64,000 nucleotides of DNA from Paragordius varius (taxonomy: Eukaryota; Animalia; Nematomorpha), in contig OZ176058.1 of the NCBI GenBank assembly GCA_964247055.1, positions 3,410,001 to 3,474,000 of the forward strand, given 5' to 3'. Numbering within the stretch: position 1 is the stretch's first letter; every line of letters starts with the position of its first letter. Below the pieces are notes generated by a model that was given only the letters and a program-made list of their open reading frames with translations, made no database searches and was not told where the DNA came from. Position numbers and translations under genes: made by a program. Shown here in pieces: positions 15,163 to 28,700 of this stretch.

Positions 15163-15205
<43 letters not shown>
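15163..15205. repeat. (TA)n microsatellite
   Basis: Uninterrupted TA run of about 21 units. Confidence 0.95.
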
Positions 15206-15209
<4 letters not shown>

Positions 15210-16149
15210 TCCTACATAATACACTATGCTTTATTTAATAATACTACTTCTCTATGGTAAAAATTATCATGTTTTTATAGATGAAAAGCTAACTTTTGAT
15301 CTATAAAAAAAGTGCCTAAATCTCAATATAGTTTTCCAAGTGTCATGATTAAAATATTATAAAATGTTTGTTGATATCCATTAGTAGTTATTATTGTTTT
15401 CGATGCGGCCCGTCGAATTTTTTCAGTTAAAAATATTGCGGGCGAAACCATTTGTTTCAAATACACCTAATTTATAATACTAAACTATTATCCACCCCAA
15501 AATTGAAGTTTTTTAAGACAAATTTTGCATGTTAAACAATGTGTATTACACCATTAAATGTGATATGGATTCATTCTATTTGATTGAATGTTCTTAACAA
15601 AATATATCAAATATCATTTTTTCATTTAGCATACACCTCTTTTCTCATGTTAAAACGAGATGATAAAATTTGATTGAAAAATTATTTGGGTATTTAGATT
15701 AGTATTTCAAGAGCATATATCATTTTATTTATCAAAAACTAACTAACATTTTTACTTTTTATGTAAAATTGGTGTGAAAATAATTTTTTATTAAAAAAAT
15801 TATATATATAGTTTGATTTAGGGGATGAATGAGTTTTCAACATATTTTATCATTTTTATACCTGAAAAGTTTAATTTTACCATTTTTTAGTAAAATTTGG
15901 GTATCCAATGAACTAAGTTTATAAAAATTTTACCTTTTTAAGGTTTAAAATTAATACAAAAAATAAAGAAAGATTTAAAATTAACGTATGACCCCAGCTA
16001 AGATACCTAAAATTTTAAAAAAAATTCCTTTTCTTTTTCACTCAATACGATATATATATATTAGATTAAATATTTAAAAACCAGATCCTGCATTTTTTTA
16101 TTCTAATATATGCAATCGATGGCAAACACATGCGCACTTTTTTTCGAAC

Positions 16150-16151
<2 letters not shown>

Positions 16152-16199
<48 letters not shown>
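16152..16199. repeat. (TA)n microsatellite ~500 bp upstream of the coiled-coil gene start
   Basis: Uninterrupted TA run of about 24 units. Further TA runs at ~146-166, 6279-6294, 12236-12254, 40207-40241 and 44919-44945. Confidence 0.95.
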
Positions 16200-16201
<2 letters not shown>

Positions 16202-16715
16202 AAATATATTATAGGTAAAATTTCTTTTTTTTTCTTTTTGAGATTCAACAGTTATTATTGCACATTTTGGCACGAGGTATAAGTTTTGTAAAAAAACCCA
16301 GTCACTCAACTTAATTCTGATGAATATTTTTAATAATTATATTTTTTTGTTTTTCAAATATAATATTCTACACCGGTTGCTGTTAGAATGTTTTTTGCTT
16401 TTAAAATATTTTTATATTCAGTTTTTCTTTAATTCTCCTGGCTTTTGATCATAGAATAAAATTACATTATATATTGTTGATAATAAATCGATATTTCTTC
16501 AAATAATATTTTTTTTCGATTCTTTTAATTAAAATAATAAACCTTAATGCATTTTGTTTATATTAAAGCTCACATCTCCAATGTGAATTTTTCAAATACA
16601 TATTTATTTTTATTATATACGGAAAATTTTAAAATTAATATAAATTAAAAAAATCGACTTGTAGCATATCGGATTTTTTATTCAATAATATAATTGCAAC
16701 AGTCTCCACACACCT

Positions 16716-19700
16716 ATGAAAGATTTAAATTCCACGGAAAATAGCTGCTTAAACAACAATAATGATAGACTGCCATCAGACCTTTCACTTTTAAAGTCAT
16801 CATCAGAAGAACAAAATGGTATATATGATGACAAAATTACTACGACACCATTAAAACCCAATCCTCCACACAACAACAACAGTAAAATTATGGAAAAAAT
16901 TGAACGGATTAAAACAACAAATGCATCACGTCCAAACAGTTTAGGTCAGGGACATGTTTCATCCAAGCTACCTATCTTACAAAAATATCGTGACAATGTT
17001 GGTTCAACCGCTAAAAATAGTAGAATAAAACCTACTCCCCCCATCACAAATGGCACTAACTCAAGCTCTTTAAACAAAGAAAGCAAGGCAACCGCTATAA
17101 CTACATCGTGCGATAAAGGTATTTTTATTATTTATCTCTTAAGTTTAATTAAACTTTTCCAAGGATAAGGTTTTTGATAATGATTATTTGGTTATGTTAC
17201 CCCTCTCTAAAAAGATACATTAAAAATGAAACTATACGGAAAAATTTAACAATATAAAGACAAATATTTTTTTCCTAACGACAACCATACTTTGTAAAAC
17301 GTTTTTTGCTATAAAAATATTTAATTACAATCGTACACTACATAATTTGATTGTGAGGATACCAATTTATATTTCCATTTTATATTTTACAGTTCAAAAC
17401 AATCAGGTATATTTAAAAAATCAACATTCCAAAATATGGTTGTATTTTAAAAATAATTGTCATTATTTTACGTTTTGTCCGCATAATTTCAATTTTTACT
17501 GTAAATGAGAATTTAATGTAAATAGTTTTACCAAGCAACGTTTTTAAATGGGAAAATATACAAGAACATCAAATTAAAGTTAGTCGGTGAAGTATAATTA
17601 ATTAATTGAATTTGCTACTGGTATTTAAGTCAAATTTACAAAATATAATAATTTTATAACAATTTTCCCTTAAAATACGCAAATTCTACTTTTGGTAATT
17701 TATGGATTGTTTCAAATTTAGTAAATATGCCTTTTTTATTTTGTTATTTATTTTTTTCAATCCAAAAAAATCGGAGTCAAATAGCATAAAATAATCAAAC
17801 CAAATTTTGAATAGTATTGAGTTTTATATTATTTATTCTCTAGGAATTAATCCAAATTGCAAATTACCAGATAATATTTTATTTATTAATATCAAATATA
17901 GCATAATAATTACATAAATTAGGTATCAAAATGCACCAATCAGATTTTAAAAGATAATTTATGAAAAAAACTTTAATAAAATCTTGACATTATTTAAACA
18001 TAAGATCTCGTTAGGTACCTGATATGGAGATATACAATGTAACCCTTTAGGTATTATTTTAATAAACTAAATTTTTTATTGTTCAATTAAGATAAAAATA
18101 TTTTTTTGATATTTTATTATTTCATTCCAAGTACCAAACGAGTTAATTATGTGTTATCATAAAAATTTAAAGTGGGTAGAAACAAGGTATGCGAAAGCTA
18201 CAGTGGAGCCTATTTAATCGAATCAATTTTGCGTTATAAATGCTGCCTCTTTTAGGCATCAAAGTTTAATAAAACACAAGATGCTATCAATAAATTTGAG
18301 AAAAGTTTTATAATGAAAATTATTTATTCCTAATAATTGGCTTTGCTCAAATCAGATTTGGTATTTATTTTCTTATATGCTTCCTTAGCCTTCCATAACT
18401 TTGTATTGTAGGCCAATTAGTTTTTTATTCAATATTATTGAAATTACAAAAAGTGCTATAATTTTAACCCATATTTGTAGATTTGGTCGAGAATGGAACA
18501 CCGCATAACAGTACCGTTTGTAGTAGCGTGAAAACAGAATTTTCAGCTCTCAATGAAAACATAAATAATAAATTGCATTTGTTGGAACAAACTCTGGAGA
18601 AACAAGAAACTGTGGCCCTATACTCTACTTCAATGAGTAATGGAGATATGACCACTACACTCAAGCTTGAAAATAGCATTAACAATAATTTGGAGAACGG
18701 GTCTTTGGAGGATAAATCTGCTATAACTTCGACATTTCCCACAAATCTTAAACACCTAGAAACTGATTTAGATGATTCATTAAACATAACTTCTCCCCCT
18801 CCCTTAAATGGCAACAAGGAAATGAAAGTTGATGCAACACCCGAAAAAACCGAAATTGATAATCAGTATGATAAACCGCCCACTCCTCTAACAAATTCTT
18901 TTATGATACCCAAAATTTCTTTGAAAGATTTCGATTCAGAGTTAAGTGATTTATCCCTTACGGCAAGTAGCATAGCCTCAAACTATATGACAAAAGGTGG
19001 AACGGTTAATCAATTTACCAATCAAAATAAGGAGGACACAACAGAAACCACCAACACGAAATATTCCGGGGAGGGCCGTGGTTACGGAACAAGTAAAGTC
19101 GAGTTAAATGGATTCAGGAAACAGTATAGTCGAGATAGCAGTGTGGATGACACTGAAAACAGAAAAAATGGGTCTGCTGGGACCGCATCACAAAGACGTT
19201 CTTTGTATTCATCCGTAATTGCTTTTTAAATTATTCTTACATTTACAATGAAAGAGAAATGGTAAAAACTAAAGGACAAATATTGTTTTATAAAAAGGCA
19301 ACAATACTTTTTTCAAACCTTAATTTTTTTACCTAAACTAAGTTTCGAATTATGTAATTGAGTGCAATACCAATTTACCCGTCTGATTCCCATTTCGCAA
19401 ACCCATATGATAATTTCATTTAATAAATCGACATATTTTACAGGTTTGTTTAAATTTTTTGGTTTTTAAACGAATAAAGATTACTACTGCACCTTTTTAA
19501 AATACAAATGTGTTTTTTAAAGCTGGATAATTGCTTTACCTGAGATTCAATAATTAGTGCAAAAGCAAAGCTGTTTTAATTATATCAAAAATCGGGTATT
19601 AATATTGTTGGCATAAAATTTTCTCAAAATCGATTGATTTTTATGATTTAACTATTTTAATACAAAATCAAAATTTTATACCTATAATTTAAGTTATGAT

Positions 19701-22700
19701 GAAATGCGTGCACTGTGATAGACATGGGCAGTGCATTCATGAGAAAGCATTAAAAAATAACTACATTTATATTTACAGTAAAAATTTGAATTATACGGAC
19801 AAAAAGTAACAAATGGCAAATATTTCTAAAATCTTAATTTTTTTTCAAATAAATCATGTTTAAAATTGTTAAGTATGAAATAGAGATGTACATTGGTAAC
19901 AAATTATATATATATTAAACAATTTTAATTTAAAAATTATATTTAAATTTAAACAAGTATAGTTGGTTGTCTTTTGAGATAAAAAATTTTGTTCGTATAT
20001 ATTCACGTTTAATTGTCCGTATAATTACAACTCTTACTGTATATTTTAACAATTGTACTTTTAAACAAGTACGGTTGGTTGTCTTTTGAGATAAAAAAAT
20101 TTTGTCCGTATGTTTTAACGTCTAGTTGTCCGTATAATTACAATTTTTACTGTATTTTTTCAATTTTACTAATTATTTAAACAAGTATGGTTGGTTGTCT
20201 TTTGAGATAAAAAAATTTGTCCATATGTTTCCACGTTTAGTTGTCCGTATAATTTCAATTTTTACTGTATTTTATATAGGAAAAATTAAGTTTTAAACAA
20301 GTACGGTTGGTTGTCTTTTGAGATAAAAAAATTTTGTCGTTATGTTTTGCTATATAATAAGGTCATTTTTGTTTTAGTCTTTGAATCGTAATAAATACAA
20401 CACCAACAATGGCACTTGGAGACGGAGTTATAGCAAGGATCCCTCTTCCCAAAACACTGCCGGGCGAGAATCTTGTAGTATGGATAGTATTGGGACCGGT
20501 CCAACTGATTATTTTAGCAGTTCAAACTTTAAAACATCTTACCTGGATGACGATTTCGAGGAATTGGAAAATTCATTGAATCAAATTGCCAACAATACTG
20601 GTTCCTACAATAAAACTAACAATAATTGTAATACTGCTGAAAATAAGGCGAACTCTAATAAAACGGATAACCCAAGTAGCAACAGCAAAAGTAAGAGCAG
20701 AAGCTCGAGTAAACCACCAAATTGGAATCGTAATATCGCCAACCTAATGTATTCGGATGAGCTCGAACAAGAACTCAAAAGACAATATGAACGCAAACTC
20801 AAGGACAAAGATAATTTGCTGAATGATTTAAGGTAAAAAATATCTCATTTAAGAATGAATAGATACCATCTTTTGTAAAAATAATAAATATTGGCTCTTG
20901 AACAAAAAAAATATAATTTAAAATAGGTGTAAAAATTGAATGCGGACCATAAATCAAAAGATTTCCAGTAAACTTAATTGCTCTTATAGTAAAACCCTTT
21001 TTTTATCATATTAATTTTCACAAAACGAAAACTTGGTTAAATAGATTATTCTATTTACAACAATAAATTTACAATCTTGATGAAACCGCGACTCTCAATA
21101 AGTTTACAATATCTATAAGCTACACATCTGAAACCGAATTTTTTAGAAAGATAATTCAATTGCTTTATTATACAGGGCCTATTTTTCAGTTTATGATTGA
21201 TGTTAATACAATCCAGAAACTATGCAAGATTTGCAATTGACCCTAACCTTTAATACTGCTTGAATTGTTTTAACTAATTTATAACAATTTATTCAATTCT
21301 CACCTTAGTTGGAATGGTTTTATTGTTGATATCTCTATTTATAGCAATCCAGAATCGGTAAAATGTCAATCTCATTTTTCTCAACCGTTAATAACTTGCT
21401 TTGTAATGATATTTCGGTAAAATATATTAGTGGTACTCATCATAAAAACTAAATACCAAATAATATTCCATATAATACCGATATATAATGCACGGCTGTT
21501 TGACACATGCAGATATACATTACTTTTAATTAAAAAGAAATAAATAATTCTGGGCCATAAAAAGCACATGTAGGACCGCATTTGAATACCACTGATACAC
21601 ATCATTCAATCTTTATAAAGCATGTAATACATAAGATGCATAGTTTATAGTTGGCTATAAGCGTTACGTTATATTCAGTTTCAGAAACTTTTCTACTGTT
21701 TGACATCCGTGGGTATAGATTATTTTGGCAAAAAGGTCTTTAATGATAATGCTTTTTGAAATGCCAAATTTAATTACCTCTCGACGCCTGCACCTACTAG
21801 ACTTGCCAAACCTCGATGAAAGTCTTAAAACAATTGTTTAAACCATCGAATCTCCGTAAGCAGATAGACTAGATCTTTGACACGAAGCTCACCAATTAGT
21901 AGACTATCTGATGGTTTTGTTTGCATTAATCCTAAGATTCAAAAAAGAAATCAGGATTTATTGCACTAAATTCTGACTTTTTTTAAGTGGCAACGTAAAT
22001 TTATTTATTTATTTCATGAAAGTATATATATATAGTATATCTGAAAAAAAAGTCTAGCACCTAAGAATTTTTTATTGGGGCTTATTAAATTTTTTAGCCA
22101 GATTTAACATTCAACAAGGTCTCAAAAGTTTTAGATGTGTAGCCATGAATATAATTAATAGATTTGAATTAATATAAAATTAAAAAAAACTTTGCATTTG
22201 GTTTGCTTTATAATAAATATCATTATCAAAATTATTTTACCTAATGGATACTAAAATGCTTAGTTATAACTGTAAATTTATTACATAATGGTTATAAAAG
22301 ATCAAGAATGCCTTAAGCTTTATTTTTTTTCTTTGGAGTTATAAAATTTGTCCTGTTAAGAAAATATTAAATAGAAAAAGATAAAAATGGCTTTTTCAAA
22401 TGACATAAATGCAAGAATAAGTTTTTTTATAATAACAACTTTTGTGTTATCATTCATTGCCATCCATACAAAGTGTGAGCAATTTTCATTCATTAAAGTA
22501 GATATATTAATTAAAAAACGCTCTCGCTTCGCGGGTATCTCCAATATTAACTATTGATGTGAAACATATTAATATGCATTCACAGAGTTTTTATTCTTTC
22601 GAATATTATATTACAAATGGGCATTTGTTAAATATTTATCAAATTACATTAAATTCTTAGGTAGAATCATAATAATTCAGATTTACTGTTAATAATTATT

Positions 22701-25700
22701 ATCAGCAAATGAAAAAACTGGGGTACCAGAAAAATTTGTTGTCGCGCTATAGCAAAACCAAACTATTGAAAAGGGGGCATTTATATTCGGTTTCAGTAAA
22801 AATGTATTGGCGCTTAGAAAATTGATAGTAATTTATTAATAAAACTATTTCGGGTTACAGAATTATCTATATTATATAATTATACAAACTAAATGATAAA
22901 GAGTTATATATTACCATAATAGGTGAAAATTAAAAAATAATAAACTAATTTATATAGTTAGCGTGATCTGATATAAGGTGTCAAAAACAAAAATTTAAAT
23001 ATTTGATGTATTATATGTAGGGATGAACACAGAAGAGAAATGATTAAAATCAAGCAAAAATATGAACGCGAGAAAATAGATTTAACCATATATGCTGAAG
23101 ATCAAAAGAAGTTATATATGGATTCTTTAAACTCATCCAAGGATATAAAGAAAGAACTTCAAGTAATTATTAGTAAATATCATAAATGTAAATGAAATGG
23201 CATGGATATTTTTTAAAAAAATTACATACCTAATTATATTGCTAAGAACCAGGATTCAAGTATTTTCAGTAGGCATCATCTGGTGTTTTATAACCCTTGA
23301 CCTTATATGATAAAATTAGTTTTTTTAGTTTCATATCTGGCGATTTTTATCTACTAATATTTTCACCTTACTGACGAAAAATAGAATAAGAAATGGAATA
23401 TGGAGATGTTGGAAACTGATTTGCAGACCGCCAGAGAACAAACACAATCATTTCAAAAACGTATCGATATGCTACAAAAAGAAATAATTACGTTGCAGGA
23501 AGAACGTGATAAAGTACTAAAAAAATGATTTTCCCTAAAATTTCCAATGATTTTTATGCGATAGGTCATATTTTATAACTATTTTTTATTGGGTGATTAG
23601 AAAATATAAATGATACATAATGACTAAAAAGGGTTACCATTTATGCTTTTTAAGAGACTCTTTTAAATCTCAATTATTTACCTTCAGAATTGGAAAAAAT
23701 GGGTGTTAGGCACGATATAAGAGAAAAAGATTCATAAGCAAAAAATACAGCTCTTTTCACTTTTTTGACTGTATAATTTTTTTGGCTAAATGAACGACTT
23801 AAAATTTTTGCCATATGTTTGCATGTGTACAAAAACTATTTTTTAGGGTACTCCAACTGGTTGGAGCCAAAATACTGTGAACAGCTGTATTTTTATTTTT
23901 TAGTTTTCATTTTTATCTTATATGACCGCTAATTTTTTCATATTTTAAAAGCCCATTCTTGCAAATCGTACAACCATTACCCCTATTCACAATTCTAATA
24001 AAATATTTTGTAAATTTTGTTAATATAACTGCACTATTTTTTCCATACACCAAAAAAAGGTTTACAAACAAAAAAAGTATTTGGATGGTGCTCTTTGTGA
24101 TTGTGAATCCGAATTGGCTGAACTCAAATCGGCCAAGGCTGCCCTTCAAAACAGTCATATCAACGTAAAAAATAGTTTACTAGAAACACAAGAGGAATTA
24201 TCTGCAAAGGAAGAAATTATACGGGAAAACGCACTGAAACTTACGGCATACAAAAGTGAAACTACCAAATTAACAACGGAACTTGAGAGTGCCAAGCAAG
24301 AAATTGAAGAACTTAAAGTATTAGTTACTGGTCTCCGACGCGAACGCGATAATTTGGATGTTCAGTTAAAAACTCTCGAAACAAAAAAATCTGACAACAC
24401 AGGCTATAAAAAACACATTGGTGAATTGGAGAATCAGGTAGTAAATAATTTTTATATGTTCATTAAAATATTGATATATTTCAAATGTTACTTAACGTAA
24501 TCATTTCATGCTGTTGTATCTAGCTCAAAGAACTTGAAAATGAGACTTACGTCAAAGAATTATCGCTTCGGGATCGAATTGAGGAATTAGAATACGAATT
24601 AAGTCAAAGCACCACAAATGCTAGAAATTTACAAGAGACCTTGCAAACTGAACTCCCAGAAATAAGGAAAAAATGTCAACGCTTTGAGGAAAAATGTGAC
24701 GAGGAACGCAAAAAAGCGTTTCAGATGGTTAGTTATTTTACATAAGTTGCAGTACTAGTTTTTTCAAATATTGCCAGGTAAGATATGCAGCAAAGAGCAT
24801 TATTACTAGTTTATAGCAGTAAAAAGCGAAAAGAAATAGTGCTATATGGCAATAATTAATAAAATTCTTGTATACTAACTCATACTGTAAAAGATGTTTA
24901 AATAATAGGCATCATTTAATTAACATACTAAATACACAGACTGGGTTTGCTAATTAAATTAATTAGTTTTTAAGATAAAATTAATCATAATCTAAATACA
25001 TGTCTTTTTATATTGTCATTATTATATGTTTTTTGTTAAACAATTTTTTCTTGTATTAAATATATTTATTGAGAGACAAAATACGTTTTAGAATTTTTAA
25101 TCACTGTTTTTAATGCGCTAAAAAAGGAATTAAAATGTCAAGAAAAAGATACACAACTCAAAACTACCCAAAAACAATTGACAAAATTGTCGGACAAGTA
25201 CGATAATCTACAATTGCGTCTTAACACTTGGATGAGATACGGTAACATTCAATTTTTATTTAATATTCTAAGCCAGGGTAGGGGTGTCCAATATAAATAG
25301 CTTCAAGGAATTAACAAATAATTTTGATAGTTTATTTCCGAAATTGAAAAAGAATTTTTTGGATTAAAATTTGTTTAAGACATGTTAATATTTCTAAGAT
25401 TTAATAAATAGCACAAAATGAACACTTGGATTTATTGGCAGATTTTAAAAATTTTTCCGTGGGCCTCACATTATTTCTCAAAGGTCAAAACCCTCTTTTA
25501 GACCATTATTACTCTGATAAATAAATCACCTTTAAACTTTGTAGAAAATAATATATCAAAAATCCTAAAAATGTAGGGGTAATATTAAAGAACAATGTAT
25601 AATAATTACATTTTTACCTAAACAGCATTTAAAACAGTAGTTTATTTGCCAAATTTTTTTGTAAAATACTTTCTTAAACTAATTTTTTTTTGTTCGTTTG

Positions 25701-28700
25701 TGAATTAGGATCCAGACGAGCAGGGACAGGACCAGCTACCGCAACTGCTTATGGCAACGCTGCCGAGGGAAACCCCTATAACTACAGTAATATATTATAT
25801 ACAGACAAAATGTAATACGCTAAATATTTGTTTACAAAAGAACAACCAACCATACGTTTTTAAACTTTATTTTTCCAACATAATTATTTTAATACAATCG
25901 TAATAATATTATTGTTTTCCAATCTACATCTCTTCTCTATTTCATACTTTGCAATTTATTTAAATTAATGTAAAATATTTCAATTAAGTGTTAAATACGC
26001 ATATTTTCATCTTGTTTAAGAAAAAAAATATTTGTCTTTTATAATGGTAAATAACGGATTGGTTATGTTTTGTGATAACAGTCGTTAAAATCCGTAAGAT
26101 AGCGATAAAGGAAAATTAAATAGAATTAAATGAAGTATAAATATTAAATTCTATTTAATTTTTCTTTATCGTTAGATTACGGATTTTAACAACTGTTATT
26201 TGTCTTTTTCTCTTCAATTTTTACTGTATTATCTTATCATATCATATCAAGGTATGAATAATGCCGCAAACCCGTATATGCCAGCCTCTCAAAATAACTA
26301 TTATTGGAATAATTCAAAAAGTCCCATGTCTCCGACCTATTTAGGACAAAATGGGGCATTCGCCCAGCAATCCAGTTTTTTGCCTAATAATAACAATAAT
26401 TATATAAATAATAACCAATCATCTTCAACTAATAATGCCTTTAACAATTCAAATGCCGCCAACCCAGTCAATTATTTTAATAACCATGGGGCGGCCGTCA
26501 ATGGTGGTACAAACGGAATGTATTATGATTACATGCAGGGTATATATACATATATACCATTTACAGTTTAAATTCACCCTCGAACAATTCTAATTCACCC
26601 TTGAACAATTCAAATTCAAAACCCTTCAACAATTCTATTAACCCTATAATAAATTATGCGTTTTTTTATATTAAAAATTACTTTTATTTTATAATATTTT
26701 TATACAACGAAATTCTGGTTAAAATTAATATAATGCTAAATAATAAACTATGTCGTAAAATATATTTAAACTTAATGGTGAGTTATATTATCCCGAAAAC
26801 AGATAATTTATTTTTAGGGTGAATTAGAATTGTTTAATGGCGAATTTGATTTGTTTTGAGGGTGAATTTAAATTGTTTGAGGGTGAATTCGAATTGTAAA
26901 TGGTATATCACTCATTGAAATTAAAATTATGTGAGTTATCCTTCGATCCCTAAAACTATGCAAATTTCTATCATAGCTGTCAGCTCTGAACTGTCGAATT
27001 TAACATATTCACATTAATGTTTGTCAATTCACATGATTTTTGGTTAATTGGTAACAGAGTAAATATCATTTCGGTAATCAACAATAAATACTTGAAAAAT
27101 TACAATATTTTCCTCTCTTACAACATTAAATTTTAATTAGTTATGGAGACAAAGTTTGTTTTATCTCATACGCTACTGTAATACCAATTGGCAAATAATC
27201 ATTTGAATCGACCAACATTAAAGTGCATACTGTGCTTTCACCTAATTCCTAAAACAATTTAATTACCCTTCAATAATAGGAAAAAAGAACTATAAGTCAT
27301 TTATTTTATATACATTCAAAATTTTTGTTTTTAAGTTACAAATATTTAAATTTTTGACTTTAATGCCGAATTTTATGATCACAAGGGTAAATTATAGATA
27401 ATCAAAATAATAATGAGTCAATAATTTTGGGGGATCATTCTATGTATTACTAACAAATTCTTTCACTATTCAAATGATTATTATTGCAGTAATATTGAAT
27501 CTAAACAGGCAAAATGTGAAAACCAAAGGATTTTTTTTTGTTTGGACTTTAAAATGTCCAATAGGGATAAAATTGTTAACAACATACTCAATTATACATT
27601 TTACAACTGTAATGTGCAAAAATCAGGATATAAAAAAGTATGGTTGTTATCTTAATTTAGTTAGATTTTGTCTGTTTAATTCAATTTTAACTTCAAATAA
27701 GCCTTTGTATTTATATTACCGCGATATATTTCTATAGGTTATGAGTATGGCAATGGCTTAAATAATAATTATGCTAGTAATGGAAAGTACCCTTACAATA
27801 CAACCGATTTTGAATACGATGAATATGGACAACAGTATATATTAAATTTTTATATCAAACTTATTTTTTTCTGGCTCTCTTGTTTAAATTATTAATTTGA
27901 TTTACTAAATACAATTAGAAAAGTATTGATATTATAAAAAACATTAAAAGACAAATGTTTTTATCTTTTTTTTCTTTTAGAATATCAGTCAATGTTTTAA
28001 TTTAACAATTGATGTAAAAATCATACGAGGTTGTAAAATAAAACAATAATTATACGGTTTTCTTTTCTGTATGCTATGAGCTCCTTTAAATATTACTTTA
28101 ACTTTAACCCAGTAAGCGGAAAACGCCATCTTTATAGTAATTATAAAAGATTTTATGGAGATTATATTTTTAGCCTACCTTTGCAATTAGAAGTCATGCA
28201 ACCGATTGTAGTTATATTAAGCCAATTATCATATCTCCTTTTGATCCATCAGCCATGATGGGGCTTATATAATTAGAAAATCACAAAAATTTTTCCTGGC
28301 CTAAGTTTGCTCTTTTCTCTTTCACCATCTATAATTGGTCTAACCTCTTAAAATACTCAGTGACAGTGTTTACCCGTGTTCATTATGTGTGACTGATGAG
28401 TCCACAACAAGGACGAAACGCGTCTCACACTATGACACGTAATAAACACTGTTCTCTTTAAATTTTCGTTTCATAAAGCCACCTATTGCTTGATAGGGAC
28501 TACTATGAATTCTAATTGCAAAGGTAGGCTAAGAAAATAATCTCTATAAAATGTTTTATATTTAACTTTAATATCCAACAAAAATTGAAATTATACGGAA
28601 CGTAAAAATTAAAAGACTAATATTTTTTTCCAAAAGACAATCTTATTTTTTAAATCTTGATTTATTTAACTCTAAATAATCGCTTTCGTTTGCAAAAATT

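Noticed and set aside
18230-18430. Possible Tc1 transposase C-terminal relic on the minus strand (KLWKAK...KFIDSI)
   Set aside because: Similarity is too weak and fragmentary, with no TIR nearby.
19948-20345. Tandem units as a CRISPR-like array
   Set aside because: Units are whole MITE arms without unique spacers, in eukaryotic intronic context, with no cas genes.
16682-20808. Minus-strand ORFs 16682-16879, 18464-18817 and 20605-20808
   Set aside because: Antisense shadows of plus-strand low-complexity exons.
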